Assembly: GCF_009914755.1 (NCBI RefSeq)
Contig: NC_060927.1
DNA: 64,000 nucleotides
Direction: 5' to 3' (one strand)
Origin: the human T2T-CHM13v2.0 reference genome, Homo sapiens
Part shown: piece after piece, positions 24,391 through 37,479 of the stretch
How positions within the stretch are numbered: the stretch's first letter is position 1
Layout of the letters: each line of letters opens with the position of its first letter
Made by a program: the position numbers and the translations under genes
The notes under the pieces: generated by a model
Databases searched by the model: none
Told to the model about the DNA's origin: nothing
The model's input: the letters and a program-made list of their open reading frames with translations, nothing else

Positions 24391-26740
24391 AAAAACAATG
24401 ATTTCCAGATAATTACCACTTCCAAAAATAACTCAAGAAGAGGTAGAAAATTTGAATAGAACAATTACTGTGGAAGAAATCAGAAAGGCACTTAAAGATT
24501 GCCTAGTAAAAACACACCAGGATCGGATGATTTTACAGCTGAGTAATATCTAATCTTTAAAGAAAAAATAATGCCAGTGTTAATCCAGATCATAGAAAAC
24601 GATTAAAGATCATAGAAAAAAGATGAAAATCTCCCAAACTTATTTAACGAAGCCTTTGAATTAACATTATATCAAAACGAGTTGTTGCAAAAATAGTACA
24701 CAAAATATGTAAACCAACGTTGCTTATGGATAAAGCTGAAAAAAGTAAAAATGAAATATTAGCAAAAAGAATACAGCAAAGTATCAAATGGATGGTACAT
24801 TATAACCAAGAAGGGAAGGCAAGAGTGATTGGATATCAATAATTGATCATATCAACAAATTGAGAAAAACCATATGACCAGAGCAATCAGTGCTGAAAGG
24901 CATTTGATCAACAAAAACAACAGTAAGAACAGTCCACAGCAGTTATTTATACCAAGAAACTCTAAATGGCAGTAAAGAAAAACTACTTAAATATGATAAA
25001 GACTTTTTGAAAACAAAATAGAAAATACCATTCTAAGTACTGAAATGCTAAAAGCCAATCAATTAAATTCAGAAATGAGACAGTGGTGCCAACTATTATC
25101 TTTATTATTCAATATTGTTTTGGAGGTCCTGGTGAATATACTGAGGCAAAATGAAATAATACACACAAGCATGGCAGAAAAAGAGCTAAACTGATCATAT
25201 GATTTTACACCTAGAAAAATAAACTCTAGTTCTAAATGTTTCTAGAACAATTAAGAGAATTTGAGAATGTTGGATACAAGCTTCTCTTTATTCTAGAAAT
25301 AAGAACCTAGAAATAGAAAGGGGAAAACATTTCACTTACAATGCCAACAAAGATGGCATTTTAAAATACGGATAAGAAAGTTCAAAACCTATGTGACATA
25401 AATGATAATATCAAAATGGAAGAATATAAATTAACATCTGAATAAATGGAGAAACTTATGTTCTTAGACGGGAAGAGTTAATACTATACAAAATCAATTA
25501 TGTCAATATTAATATAGAAATGCCATGGGGGGTGGGTAATTGATGATGATGATCTTAAACTTCATATTAAGAAATTTTTCATCGTGGAAGAAAAATGCCT
25601 GTGAACAGCCAGTAAAAGTGCAGAAGGAAGCATGATGTAGAGGCACCTGCTTTACTAAGTATTAAAACACTAAGAGCCACCGTAATAAATCGATATGATA
25701 TAGGCACAGGGATAGCTCTATAGATTAGAGCACAGATGGACAATTCAGAAACAGATCCCAAACTGTTATATTATAGTAATAAAACAGCACCAGACTGCCC
25801 ATGACAAGAGTTCTCTGAGATATTCAGCCTTCTGCTTGAATAAAGGGAACCTGAATATCCAAAATCCTGATTTTACCTGGGATATTAATGGTTTCCTTAT
25901 TTTTTTAAGCCCCAAAATATCTATAATATAACTTTATTACAGATCTCAAACTTATATGAAAATTCTCTATATTAAAATGTGCTGTTTCAATTCAGTAGAG
26001 GAAGAATGGTTTATTTAATAAATCATGTGAGTGCAACAGACTATTCATCTGGAGGAAAATTAAAAATGATTCATGTCTAGTATCATTTATAAAAATAAAT
26101 TCCAAATAGATGAAAGGAATGAGACTTGTAGGGTCTGTTTAACCTGGTGGTCGTCATATCTTGAAAGTCAGCTTTGACTCCCGCGTCTCAAGTTATCCTG
26201 TCCCAAATCCTCACAGGCAGAAAGAAGGGAAGCTGAAGCTGGCAGGGCAACAAGTGTGGCCAGTCAGAACTGCTTTGCTGTGAGGAGCTTGGAAGTGAAG
26301 GGCTTCAACATGAAGGAGACAAAGAAACTGGATATTGAGTAGGCGACTGGCGGTGTCTGCTAAAGAAAGCCAGTTGCAGAGAGAGAGAAAGAAAGTCTCT
26401 ATTGGTATATTTTGGGCATTGGCTGGGATCAATTGCTGTTACTACGAGACAGCATGGCTTACACGTGCTTCGATTTGCTTTGGCTCCTAGCCAGCCCTTT
26501 ACTGTGGTACCTGCAGCTGCCCCTGGAAGGGCGGGAACACAAACTTCTATCTTAGGGACAGTGGGGAAAAAAAGTCCAAATATATTGTCTAGGAATCTCC
26601 CCAACTTTCTAAGTACAGCTCTTTGGCAGGAAAGAAAAACCATAATTACAGCTGCCTCTTCATACTTAACGTATTTTCAAAAAGGAGATGAAAACTAGAA
26701 AACGAAGCAGAAAGGCCAACTGCTTCCTTCACCTACTCTT

Positions 26741-27454
26741 TTTTTTATTATTTTTTATTTTTTTATTATTATACTTTAAGTTTTAGGGTACATGTGCACA
26801 ATGTGAAGGTTAGTTACATACGTATACATGTGCCATGCTGGTGCGCTGCACCCACTAACTCGTCATCTAGCATTAGGTATATCTCCCAATGCTATCCCTG
26901 CCCCCTCCCCCCACCCCACAACAGTCCCCAGAGTGTGATGTTCCCCTTCCTGTGTCCATGTGTTCTCATTGTTCAATTCCCACCTATGAGTGAGAACATG
27001 CAGTGTTTGGTTTTTTGTCCTTGCGATAGTTTGCTGAGAATGATGGTTTCCAGTTTCATCCATGTCCCTACAAAGGACATGAACTCTTCATGTTGTGTGG
27101 CTGCATAGTATTCCATGGTGTATATGTGCCACATTTTCTTAATCCAGTCTATCATTGTTGGACATTTGGGTTGGTTCCAAGTCTTTGCTATTGTGAATAG
27201 TGCCGCAATAAACATACGTGTGCATGTGTCTTTATAGCAGCATGATTTATAGTCCTTTGGGTATATACCCAGTAATGGGATGGCTGGGTCAAATGGTATT
27301 TCTAGTTCTAGATCCCTGAGGAATCGCCACACTGACTTCCACAATGGTTGAACTAGTTAACAGTCCCACCAACAGTGTAAAAGTGTTCCTATTTCTCCAC
27401 ATCCTCTCCAGCATCTGTTGTTTCCTGACTTTTTAATGATTGCCATTCTAACTG
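26741..27454 (-). mobile_element. Young 5'-truncated L1 (L1PA2/L1PA3-like), ~714 bp, with ORF2 C-terminus and 3'UTR
   Basis: Poly(T) at 26741; ORF 26973-27344 gives the ORF2p end '...KHCMFSLIGGN*'; GAG (not Ta-type ACA) 3'UTR diagnostic; TSD ccttcacctactctt. Confidence 0.95.
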
Positions 27455-27469
27455 TCTTCACCTACTCTT

Positions 27470-27946
27470 CTGCCGCACAGCCATCCTCCGCACGCCCGCT
27501 GCTTCTCTCAGGTGACTCCTGGGCCTGACTGTCCCACAGGGCCAGACACCGGAAGCACAGGGAATTGGAAGTATCTCAGGCTATCCCCGGCCTCAGCTTC
27601 TCCCTTCCCAGCACTCCCTCCCTGAGGGTCCTCCTCCACAGGCTGCTGGGAAATGAATCCGAACCCCAGCACCTGTCTCTGGTAACAGGGCTAAGGTCCC
27701 TTCACCTACTCTTAAGAGACCTTAGCCCTGTTACCAGAGACAGGTGCTGGGGTTCGGACTCATTTCCCAGCAGCCTGTGGAGGAGGACCCTCAGGGAGGG
27801 AGTGCTGGGAAGGGAGAAGCTGAGGCCGGGGATAGCCTGAGATACGTCCAATTCCCTGTACTTCCGGTGTCTGGCCCTGTGGGACAGTCAGGCCCAGGAG
27901 TCACCTGAGAGAAGCAGCGGGCGTGCGGAGGATGGCTGTGCGGCAG
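27470..27946. repeat. Long inverted repeat: 229-bp arms (27470-27698 and 27718-27946), 19-nt spacer
   Basis: Manual reverse-complement comparison gives 3 mismatches and no indels. Confidence 0.97.
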
Positions 27947-28459
27947 GGCGCAGGAGGCCTGTTCACTGCCCCTAGGGCCTGGTGCTGGCTGGGGATGCTG
28001 GGAGAAGAGCTGGCCTGAGCTGTGGCCCCCCGAGGGAGGAAGTGGCACTTTTCCAAGCTGGCTAGGGAGTTGGGGGACATTGAGCTCCCACCGCAAAGCA
28101 TCAAGCATCGCTGCAGCCATGATACCCATCGGAAGGAGTAAAAGGTGCTGGGGGGAAGGGGCAGCCATAAGAACACCCTGTCTTAGAATCTAGATAACCC
28201 TGCCCCCCGCGAGAGAGACATTTAAAGGCGTGGTAAGTGAGGACAAAGACAAAGCATATCTAGACCCTTCAAGGCTGCTGTTTGGAGTTCTCTGACAGCC
28301 AGCTCTGAGTGGGGCTGTGTCCCTGGGTAGTGACAGAGGCATGGCACTAACAGCACAGCCCCATCTCTCTGGCTCCTGCCAACCACTCCCGTTGGCTGAG
28401 CTTCCCCAACATGACATCCTCAGGGTGGCTGCCCCTCAGGAAGCGTGTTTGAAGGAAGA

Positions 28460-29072
<613 letters not shown>

Positions 29073-30394
29073 TCAGGCTTACCTGGCCCAACCTCAGGCC
29101 AGTGGGTGAGTATGGCTTGGTGAGCTGTCTTTTAATTTACTCTTTCATTACACTGGTGTCTGCTACTTTAACTGTTTTACTGTTTATTCCTTTTCCCAGA
29201 ATAGTGCCTGGCACATAGTAGGTGCTCAATCAGTATTGCTGAATGAATGAATTCATTAGTTTCTTTTATCCTTAGACTACTTTGAGTAAAACCCTAAAAA
29301 AATCCATAATTTTCACCCTGAACAGTTACTGTCACCTGGACAGTCATCCCCTTTTTTCAGTTTAAAGTTTTTCACAAAGAACTGCCACATTCTAAAGCCA
29401 GTGCCAGGCTTCAGAACTCACATCACCTTATATATGTATTATCACCTTATATATGTATTAATACGCATATAAAGACTGCATCAAAAAGATATATACTTAG
29501 ATGTAAAATCAGACAAAAATTCTGTATTCTTTAGAAATGACTGGCTACTGGAAATTTACTTCATTGGCCACTTGTTGGTATTTCTTGGCAATCATTACAA
29601 CTTGCTCTGGAGTTTTGGCAAGGTGAGCAAATCTAACGTTAAAATGGTTTTCAGATGTAATGAAATTTGTATAAAAACTAAACTGAACAACTAATGAGGT
29701 TAAAATAATATATTTTGACAATAAACATTTATTAATTTCTATTTTCCTAGTTTATTTTCACATTTGGGAGCCAGTGGTTTTATATTGTGGCCTCAGACAT
29801 TTTCATAGGTCCCTGAAGAACTCACATGACATGGGCCTTGCACCTAGAGTGCCTTGATGGATAAAATAGTCTCATAGAATTGTAGATGCAGCATGTTCAT
29901 AATTTATTCTTACATAGAGTGGTTCTAGGTGTTAAAGACATCTGAGGACACTCTTCTAGCTCCGGCCTCTTCTCCACTGAGTCCTGATTCTCTTTTTAGG
30001 TCCTACCCCCACCTACCTTTTTTTTAGTTTTCACCCTCTATATTGAAACTGTCTAATACATCAAAGGTGCAGTTCTCAGTTAATCAGACATACCCATTTG
30101 CATTACGAAGTCATTCATTTTTGTATTCCCTTAAGAAGACAGGTTAGTGAATGTGAGCCGAAGGTCGGAAACAGTGGATGAATTCTTTGCGTCACTCAAG
30201 GGCATCTTCCCTTCCCAGGTAACCTGGCTGTCCCACGTGGCCTCTGGTAAAGGTGCTTTTGTCTGGAAATCCCCTGGGTGTCTCTCCTCCTCACTTGGCA
30301 CTGGCTTCTCATCTCTCCAGTTCAGAGAGCAGATGGCAGAATGAGGTTGGAAAGGAGTGGTCGAAGGGCAGATATTTGAGACCTGTTTACTAAC

Positions 30395-30580
30395 TTCCTT
30401 AGTAGATTTTTGCTATTCAGACTATGGTCTGAGGCTAAAGAACCCCTGTACCACCTGGAAGCTTGTTAGAAAAGCAGAATCTCAGGCCCTGCCCCAGAGC
30501 TGCCAAGTTGAAAGCTGCATTTTAACAAGATTTCCAGGTGGATTTGTGTGCACATTAAGGTTGGAGAAGCCCCGTACTAG
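30395..30580. mobile_element. MER5A MITE
   Basis: 'cacctggaagcttgttagaaaagcagaatctcaggccc...tgcattttaacaagat...ggagaagc'. Confidence 0.8.
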
Positions 30581-30954
30581 TTAACATCACCTGGCTATAC
30601 CTTAGGCACCTCAAACGTCTACTGCTATGAATCTGACCCAATCATCTGCCCCCACAGCTTGTCCCCCCTCCTCAGTTTCCTCTCTTCTGAATATCTGGGG
30701 TGCCTTAAACATAATTCTATCATAGAATTTGTTTATTATATGTTATGTTACACTTTTACTGCTTTCTCCCGATTAGATTATAACCTTCTTGAAGACAGGA
30801 ATTATCTCTATTAATTTTCTGCCACCAGTGGCTTGCACTGAGCCTGAAATAAGTTTTTGCTTCTCTAGACCTCAGTTTTCCTAAGTATAGGCGCTGGGCT
30901 TCATCTCAAAGACTCCTTCCAATCTTAAATTCTGTGATTCTATAGAGCGCCTGA

Positions 30955-31230
30955 AAAAAATCAGAACTTTAAGGTTAAGAAGCACCTTGGAAGTCACCCA
31001 ACTCAACACCTTCCTCCACCCCTGTCTTGCCCCACAGTACCCTCATTAAAGTGTAAGGCCTTTTGGCAACATCCACATCAAATGATTGTCCAACTTAAGC
31101 TTGGACATCCTAGTGACAGAGAATTTAGTACCTTTGTAACCAGTATATTCAATTTTCAGAAGGCTCTACATTTTTAGAAATGTGTTTCTGTATTTGTGAG
31201 GCTACATTGTCAAACTGAAAGGGAATGCAT
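30955..31230. mobile_element. CR1/L3-like fragment (possibly continuing at ~34030-34450)
   Basis: 'cagaactttaaggttaagaagcaccttggaagtcacccaactcaac...agcttggacatcctagtgacagagaat'. Confidence 0.45.
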
Positions 31231-31284
31231 ATTGAAATAAAATAGAATAAAATTCCACAAGAGCCACTTACCAAGTGTGAGTTG

Positions 31285-31814
31285 AGTGGGGCAGACACAA
31301 AGGTGACCCCAGGGCTTTTGCCCCTGGTGTTCATGCCTTTGTATTATATAATCCTTTTCCTTTGAGTTTAGATTAAGTCCCATGACTTACTTCTAACCCA
31401 TAGAATATGGCAAAGGTAATGGATTGCTAATCCATTACCTTGTGATTACATTGTATTACGTGGCAAAGATGATGCCATTCCCATAATTATGTTACATTAT
31501 ATAAGTCTCCATGTCCCTGCTGTATTGTCTTGTTATCTCCAGTGGTGGCTTTAAAGAAGCAAGCTGTCATAACTTCTATAGCCACAGGGAATAAATTCCA
31601 CCATCAGCCTGAGAGAGCTTGGAAATAGTCCCTTCCCCAGGCAAGCCTCCAGATGAAAACCATCTCTGACTGACAACTTGATTACAGCTTTGCAGAGGAC
31701 CCACTTAAGCCATTTCTGGCCTTTTGACCCACAGAAACTGTGTAATCATATATGTGTGTTGTTTTAAGCGGCTAAATTTGTGTAATTTGTTACACAGCAG
31801 AGAAAATGAATACA
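31285..31814 (+). mobile_element. MLT1E/F-like solo LTR
   Basis: 'gacttacttctaacccatagaatatggcaaaggtaatgg'...'gacccacagaaactgtg...ttgttacacagcagagaaaatgaataca'. Confidence 0.75.
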
Positions 31815-33079
31815 CTGCATAATTTTAGGCATGGTTCTTAACTTCACTGACTTTCTGTAAACCAGAGATGATAATATCTACTACCTAGAGTTGTTGTAAG
31901 GATTGGAGACAATTTGGTGGCTGATAGTAGAAAATAAGTGGCAACTTTTCTGATTGTTGTTATTGTTATTTTCTCCTCGCATCTCCTGAGCCTCAGAGCC
32001 AATGTCATGAAAGAGTTGTCTCCATAAGCCTTCTCTACTTTCTTGCCACTCAATCACTGGTCAGCCTTCTCCCCTCTAGTCTTGTCTGTACCACTATATT
32101 GAAACAGCTCTTGTCAAGGCTACCAGCAACCTCTAGTTTATATGTCCAATGTTACTTTACTCTGTCATCAATTTACTTATCTTTCAAATGATTTTGCTGT
32201 AGCTGACAGACCACTCCTTGAAACATCTGGTTGACTTCCATGATAGCATGCACTTCTGTTTTTTCTCTTTGCTGTTCTTTCTTTCTTTCTTCTTTTTCTT
32301 CCCTTTTTTTTAACTGTCTTTGGCTAACATCCCACCTCTACCCAGTCTCTCGGTTCCACAGAGCTTGGTGTTAAACCATCTTTTTCTTACATACTCTTGC
32401 CTTATATGAATTCACCCATTTTTAAAATCCATGTGTTTAAATAGCATCCATAAGTTAATGGATCCCAAGTTTGTAGGTCCTTTTCAGTACACTCTTCTGA
32501 GCTCTAGACTCATATATCCAACTGCCATCTGGACTCCTCCATTTGGCTATTTCACAAGCATCTTAAATTAACATATCTAAAATGGAATACTCCATTCTCC
32601 ATACTCCCAGACCTTTTCATTCAGCCTTCTTCTTTATCTTGATAAATGGTACCACCTTCTCCCAATTTGTTTCAACCAGAGATTAGGGAATCACCCTTGA
32701 TTTCTTGCTTTCACTCATCCTCCCTGCCCCTGTCGGCAAGTCCTATATTATAACTAAAAAATATGTCACGAAAGTGTCCATTTTTCTCCATCTCTACTGC
32801 CACCACTGCAGTTTCCGGAACAGTGGTGACATCCCCCAAAGAACTAATTTTCAGACCACAGCCAGTGATCTTTTAAAAATTTAATTTGAATTATATTATT
32901 CGACTTTTTAGAGACTTTTAATGGCATGGCTTTCCTTTGTATTTAAAATAAAATTCAAACTTTTAGATAGCTTAAAGCTCTCTACTATGTGGGCCCCCTC
33001 ACCATTTTCCTGTTCTTTCTTTTCCTCCATGTCCTCATTCAGCCACACACTCTGGCTGCTTTAGTGTGGCCCAAATGTC

Positions 33080-33323
33080 AAATGTCAAATTTCCACCCCA
33101 GTCCTGTTTTAGGGTGTCTTTCCGCATACACAATAGTTCATTGTTTGATTGCCAGTATATAGAACAATATTTTTAGGATCTTATAAATTTCATTGAACCT
33201 CAATACCTGTTGTTGCAAACACATACTTAACTGAGTTGAAAGGATGGCAATATAAACAGCAGTGACCACATTTGCCGCTCAGAGGCAATGACAACCATAC
33301 CATAATTGCCTTGATTCTAAGGC
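33080..33323. mobile_element. Tigger-like internal fragment homologous to 35587-35823
   Basis: Direct alignment by eye, e.g. the shared 'gcaatgacaaccataccat.attgccttgattct.aggc'. Confidence 0.55.
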
Positions 33324-33453
33324 CAGGTTCTTTCTACCTCAGGGCCTTTTTACATGCTGTTACGACCCCTGAAATGTCCTCCTCCCTGCTCTCTGAATAG
33401 CATCTTTTCATTGTTTAGGTCTCGGTTGAAATATAACTGTCTCAGAAATGTCA

Positions 33454-33770
<317 letters not shown>

Positions 33771-33984
33771 TAGAAATGTCCTTTCTTATTGTGTGATTTA
33801 CTTTAGAATTCCTTCCCTCTTCTCTCTTACAGCACCTTATTTTATTTCCTGTACACATTATAGTTTGTAAGAATTCATTTGCTTGTTTGCTTGTCTTCCA
33901 TCTGCCCCACCAGATTATTGGTTTCATGAGGGCAGGTTCTGACTGTTAGGTCAGTAAAACTTTGTTGATAGAATGTATGAATTA

Positions 33985-34032
33985 CTAGGTTGGTGTAAAA
34001 GTAATTGTGGTTTTTGCCATTACTGTAATACA
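33985..34032. mobile_element. Half Made1 (mariner MITE)
   Basis: 'taggttggtgtaaaagtaattgtggtttttgccattact' matches the Made1 TIR; second TIR absent. Confidence 0.75.
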
Positions 34033-34519
34033 AGACTGTATTCTAGTTTTATCTGTTGGAGTCATTCAGAAACAATGTCATCCCTCTTGTACAGGCTGAT
34101 CCTTCAATTCCTGGAAGAGACTCTGCTCCCCTATCCCAAACAAAAGTTCTTTTTCCCATGAGATAAAATATTTTCAACCCTCTCTTTCTCACATGATTTT
34201 GATGTTACTTTATCATTCTGGCAATTTATTCAACAAATGTATTCAATAAAATTACGAATACCAGATTGTTCTTTTGGACAGGTTCCAGCTGTATTTTGTC
34301 AATGTTTTTTTTAATATGTGACTCCCTCATCCCTCAAGAAATGTGAGGTCCATAGAGTTGAACAAACTCTAGTAGATGTTGACTGTCCAGCTCAGTTGAG
34401 AGTTGACCATGCTTTCATATTCTTTATTTTAATGTCCATATTCTATTCATTCATCCCAAGTGGAAGTTTCACAAAGTCTAGATGAGAAGGTGGCTTCATG
34501 GCATTAGTGGGGACATGGG

Positions 34520-35092
34520 ACTGTATCAATTACAGGTCTTTGGGTGCAAGCAACACAAAACTCAATTACTAACAATGGGCTGAACAATAAAGATGCTTAG
34601 TGTCTCCCATAACGAGAAGCTAAGGCTTTAGGCTTGGTTAAAAAGTGGCTCAGTGATGTCATCAAGGACCCAGTTCCCCCTTCTTTTCCTTCTCTGCCAT
34701 CTTTAGTGTGTGACTTGTCTTCAGGTAGGCTCCCTCATAGTTTCAAGTTGGCTAACGTAGCTCCAGGCATCACCAAGCCCAGAGTCTGTAGAAAAGAGGT
34801 TTCTTCTCATGCATCTTTTTTTCTTTTTTTTAAAGATCCCAGAAATCTTCCCCACCCTCTCACTCTCATCCCTTCTCATCTTATTGTTCAGAACTAGGTT
34901 ACAGGCCCACTTCTAAAAAACCAGTGGGAAAGAGAAGAGATTGAGATCACCATGATGGGATCAATTCATGAAGATCCTCTGAGAAAGGCCAAGTCTCCTC
35001 TGAAGCACAAGACCCCTAGGCCTTGAATCAATTCAAAGTTCTGTTAGCAAGAAAAACAGGGTGGGGGATGGCAACCAACCACATCTGCTACA
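34520..35092 (-). mobile_element. Old MaLR LTR (MLT1K/L-like)
   Basis: 'gtgcaagcaacacaaaactc...gtcatcaaggaccc...gcaaccaaccacatctgctaca'. Confidence 0.6.
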
Positions 35093-35239
35093 GGGTGGTC
35101 ATGCCTTTTGGTGCTCGGAAGCTAGCTCTCTCTCAAAGTTAGCAAGTGGCTACTGTCTCATGAAATGAGAGCCACCCTTTTAAAATTCTCAAGTACTTTG
35201 AAGGGAGTTATGTGTTTTCCTGGGTGTGAAAGTTGTGGT

Positions 35240-35891
35240 CATACTACATTTTGTCAAACCTAAGAAACTATCTAGATGTACTACTACTTTATGAACCTCT
35301 AAGATTAAAAAGTTATTTTAAATTCTGACATAATGTCTTAACAGTAGTTGCATGACTCTTGAGTCTGTAATACTGGCCCCTTACTGCTTGGAAATTTCTT
35401 TCCTCTCTTGTGAGAGACCTGGCTATTACTCTTACTTTCCGTTGCATTGCTCGATGTGGAGCAAATGTAACTGCTTCATTTTTTGTGGATTTTTTGTTTT
35501 ATTAGGTGTTATGAAACCATTTGTTGTTGCTTTGTGAGAAAGTATGAAATTGCATTTGTTCCTATAATAACAACAATTTGCCTCACAAATGTAAAATTTA
35601 CATCCCAGCCCTGTTCGTCTTTCTGCATACACAATAGCTCATTGTTTGAATGCCAACATGTAGGAGAACATTTTGAGGAACTTTTAAACATCACTGAACC
35701 CCAACACCCATTTCGCAACCACATATTTAACTCAGTTGAAACTATGACAATATGAACAGCGGTGACCAAGTTTGCCACTCAGACGCAATGACAACCATAC
35801 CATGATTGCCTTGATTCTGAGGCATATTGTGATTTTAAAGATGTTAAAATGTGGGCAGAGAAGCTTGTGGTAGAATTGATAAAACATGGTA
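35240..35891. mobile_element. Tigger-family DNA transposon (Tigger12/13-like)
   Basis: TIR-like ends 'tactacattttgtcaaacctaag' and 'tagaattgataaaacatggta'. Confidence 0.5.
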
Positions 35892-36386
35892 CATCTGACA
35901 AGCTTGCGAGTCTGTGGCTTAATGAAAACTATCGATGGCTCCATGTCCCTCATTAACGCCTGAGAGAGCATGAGCACTGCAGCATGTGGAAAACGCAGAA
36001 GGCAGGTCACTCGTGGCATGAGTGGTTCTAATTAGATCAGCGAGACATGGAGCAAGGCTCTTTGCTGAGCTGGTTGTTCAACATGAGTGGTCACCACCAG
36101 TGCTTATAATTTTCTTATTGCTAATTGGACACATGCTTGTGTCTCTGTCACTTCCTGCATTTGTTTTCAGCTTCACTGCACTCTTCATCAAGGCAATAAG
36201 ATTGTGCTAGAAAGGAAGGAGTGTGTGTTCGTGTGTATGTGTGTGGGAGAGTGAGAGAGAAAATGAGACATACATATACACAGAGAATGAGAAAATAAGC
36301 CCACACAAACAGAAATATTGGTCAGTCTTGTGTTTAGTGAAGAGAAGAAAAACACTCACCTTAAAAAAAATAAAAAAAACAATTCC

Positions 36387-36420
36387 TGAGCTGATTGGCT
36401 CCATGAGCTGATTGGCTCCA
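36387..36420. repeat. Perfect 17-bp tandem duplication containing CCAAT boxes
   Basis: tgagctgattggctcca x2. Confidence 0.95.
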
Positions 36421-37169
36421 GTCAGCCATGTGAAATGAAGGAGGAAAACACAAATCCTTTGTGGGATTCTGTGGAAGGCTGCATCAGCACGGTTGCCCTC
36501 AAGGACCCCCTTTCTGAGATGAGGTCAGGCTCCTGCTGAGCCTGTGTCTGAACACCGCAAGCCGTGGAAAACAAAACCAGGCCCAAGCCCAGACCTCCCT
36601 GCTGAGATACAGATTTCCAGGAAAAAAAAAAAAAAAAAAAAGAAAAGGAAAAAACATGTGAGAACCATCTTGTCTGATGTCGAGGAATTGAAAAGGCACT
36701 TTCTTTTTTGGTGATTCGCTGAAGAAAATAAGCCCTTTTGGCAAAGTTCCACCCTGCCTTTAAAGTTTATTGTTCTTTGGCATCTTGGTCCCTGGACCAC
36801 CCATTCTGCATGAGTCTTTCCCATGTGGCATGAAGTAGACTAAAATATCATCTTGCGCTTGTCACATCTAGAAAGGAAGAATTGTACTGACTGACATCTG
36901 TTCTCCACGTTGTCCTTTCCCCTCGCCCCACAACACAGGCAGGCTGTGGCCAAGGCAGTTTCTGATGTGATCTTAGTGAACCATGTCTTTTTTCTTGTTT
37001 CTCCTAGCCCTCAAATCATTAAGTTTGTTATTTTAAAGTTTGATTTTTAAAATTATACCACTTTTCTTGGCAAAGAACAGAGAAAAAGAAAAATTGTTTT
37101 TTGCAAGTACTATGTGGTATTGAACCACCACACATTAGTTAAGATTTTGTACTCTGCTGAGTGATAAAA

Positions 37170-37380
37170 TGAAGTTTAAAACCTGGCTCCTTCACTTTAG
37201 GCCAGTTAATGCATCACTTTGGTCTAGTTTGTTAAGTTCTATAAATCTCAGTTTTACTTACCTGAAAAATGGGGATAATAATGGAGGAAGCCTCCCCCAA
37301 CCTTTTTTTGAGGATTAAATGAGGATTGCTCATGCACAGCCATGCACTGCCTGGCACCTGAAAAATGTTTAATAAATGCT
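37170..37380 (+). mobile_element. MIR SINE
   Basis: 'tctcagttttacttacctgaaaaatggggataataat...gaggattaaatgag'. Confidence 0.7.
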
Positions 37381-37479
37381 AGCCAGCACTGGCACATTGA
37401 AATGTTTGCTGGGCTTTAAGTTCCTTATTAGGCTTTAGACATTTCATCACTGTCAACCCATATATTCCCAGAAAGAGGA

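Larger units (their letters stand above)
22900..26120 (+). mobile_element. Ancient L1M ORF2 remnant with nested DNA transposons
   Basis: A-rich, decayed ORF2 motifs: 'actcaagaagaggtagaaaatttgaataga', 'tgctgaaaggcatttgat', 'ttattcaatattgttttggaggtcctgg', 'cagaaacagatccca'. Confidence 0.75.

Noticed and set aside
26973-27344. Open 123-aa ORF matching the L1 ORF2p C-terminus
   Set aside because: It is part of a 5'-truncated L1 with no promoter, endonuclease or RT domain; not a functional CDS.
27470-27946. Palindrome as a sequencing/assembly fold-back artefact or a MITE
   Set aside because: The arms differ at 3 positions and the junctions coincide exactly with L1 TSD copies. There is no TIR/TSD pattern of a DNA transposon. 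Long-read confirmation is still desirable.
27565-28417. Cluster of ORFs in the GC-rich palindrome region
   Set aside because: Non-ATG starts or low-complexity composition and no recognisable domain; stop-codon scarcity is expected at high GC.
33985-34032. Made1 as a miR-548-type hairpin
   Set aside because: Only one TIR is present, so no hairpin can form.
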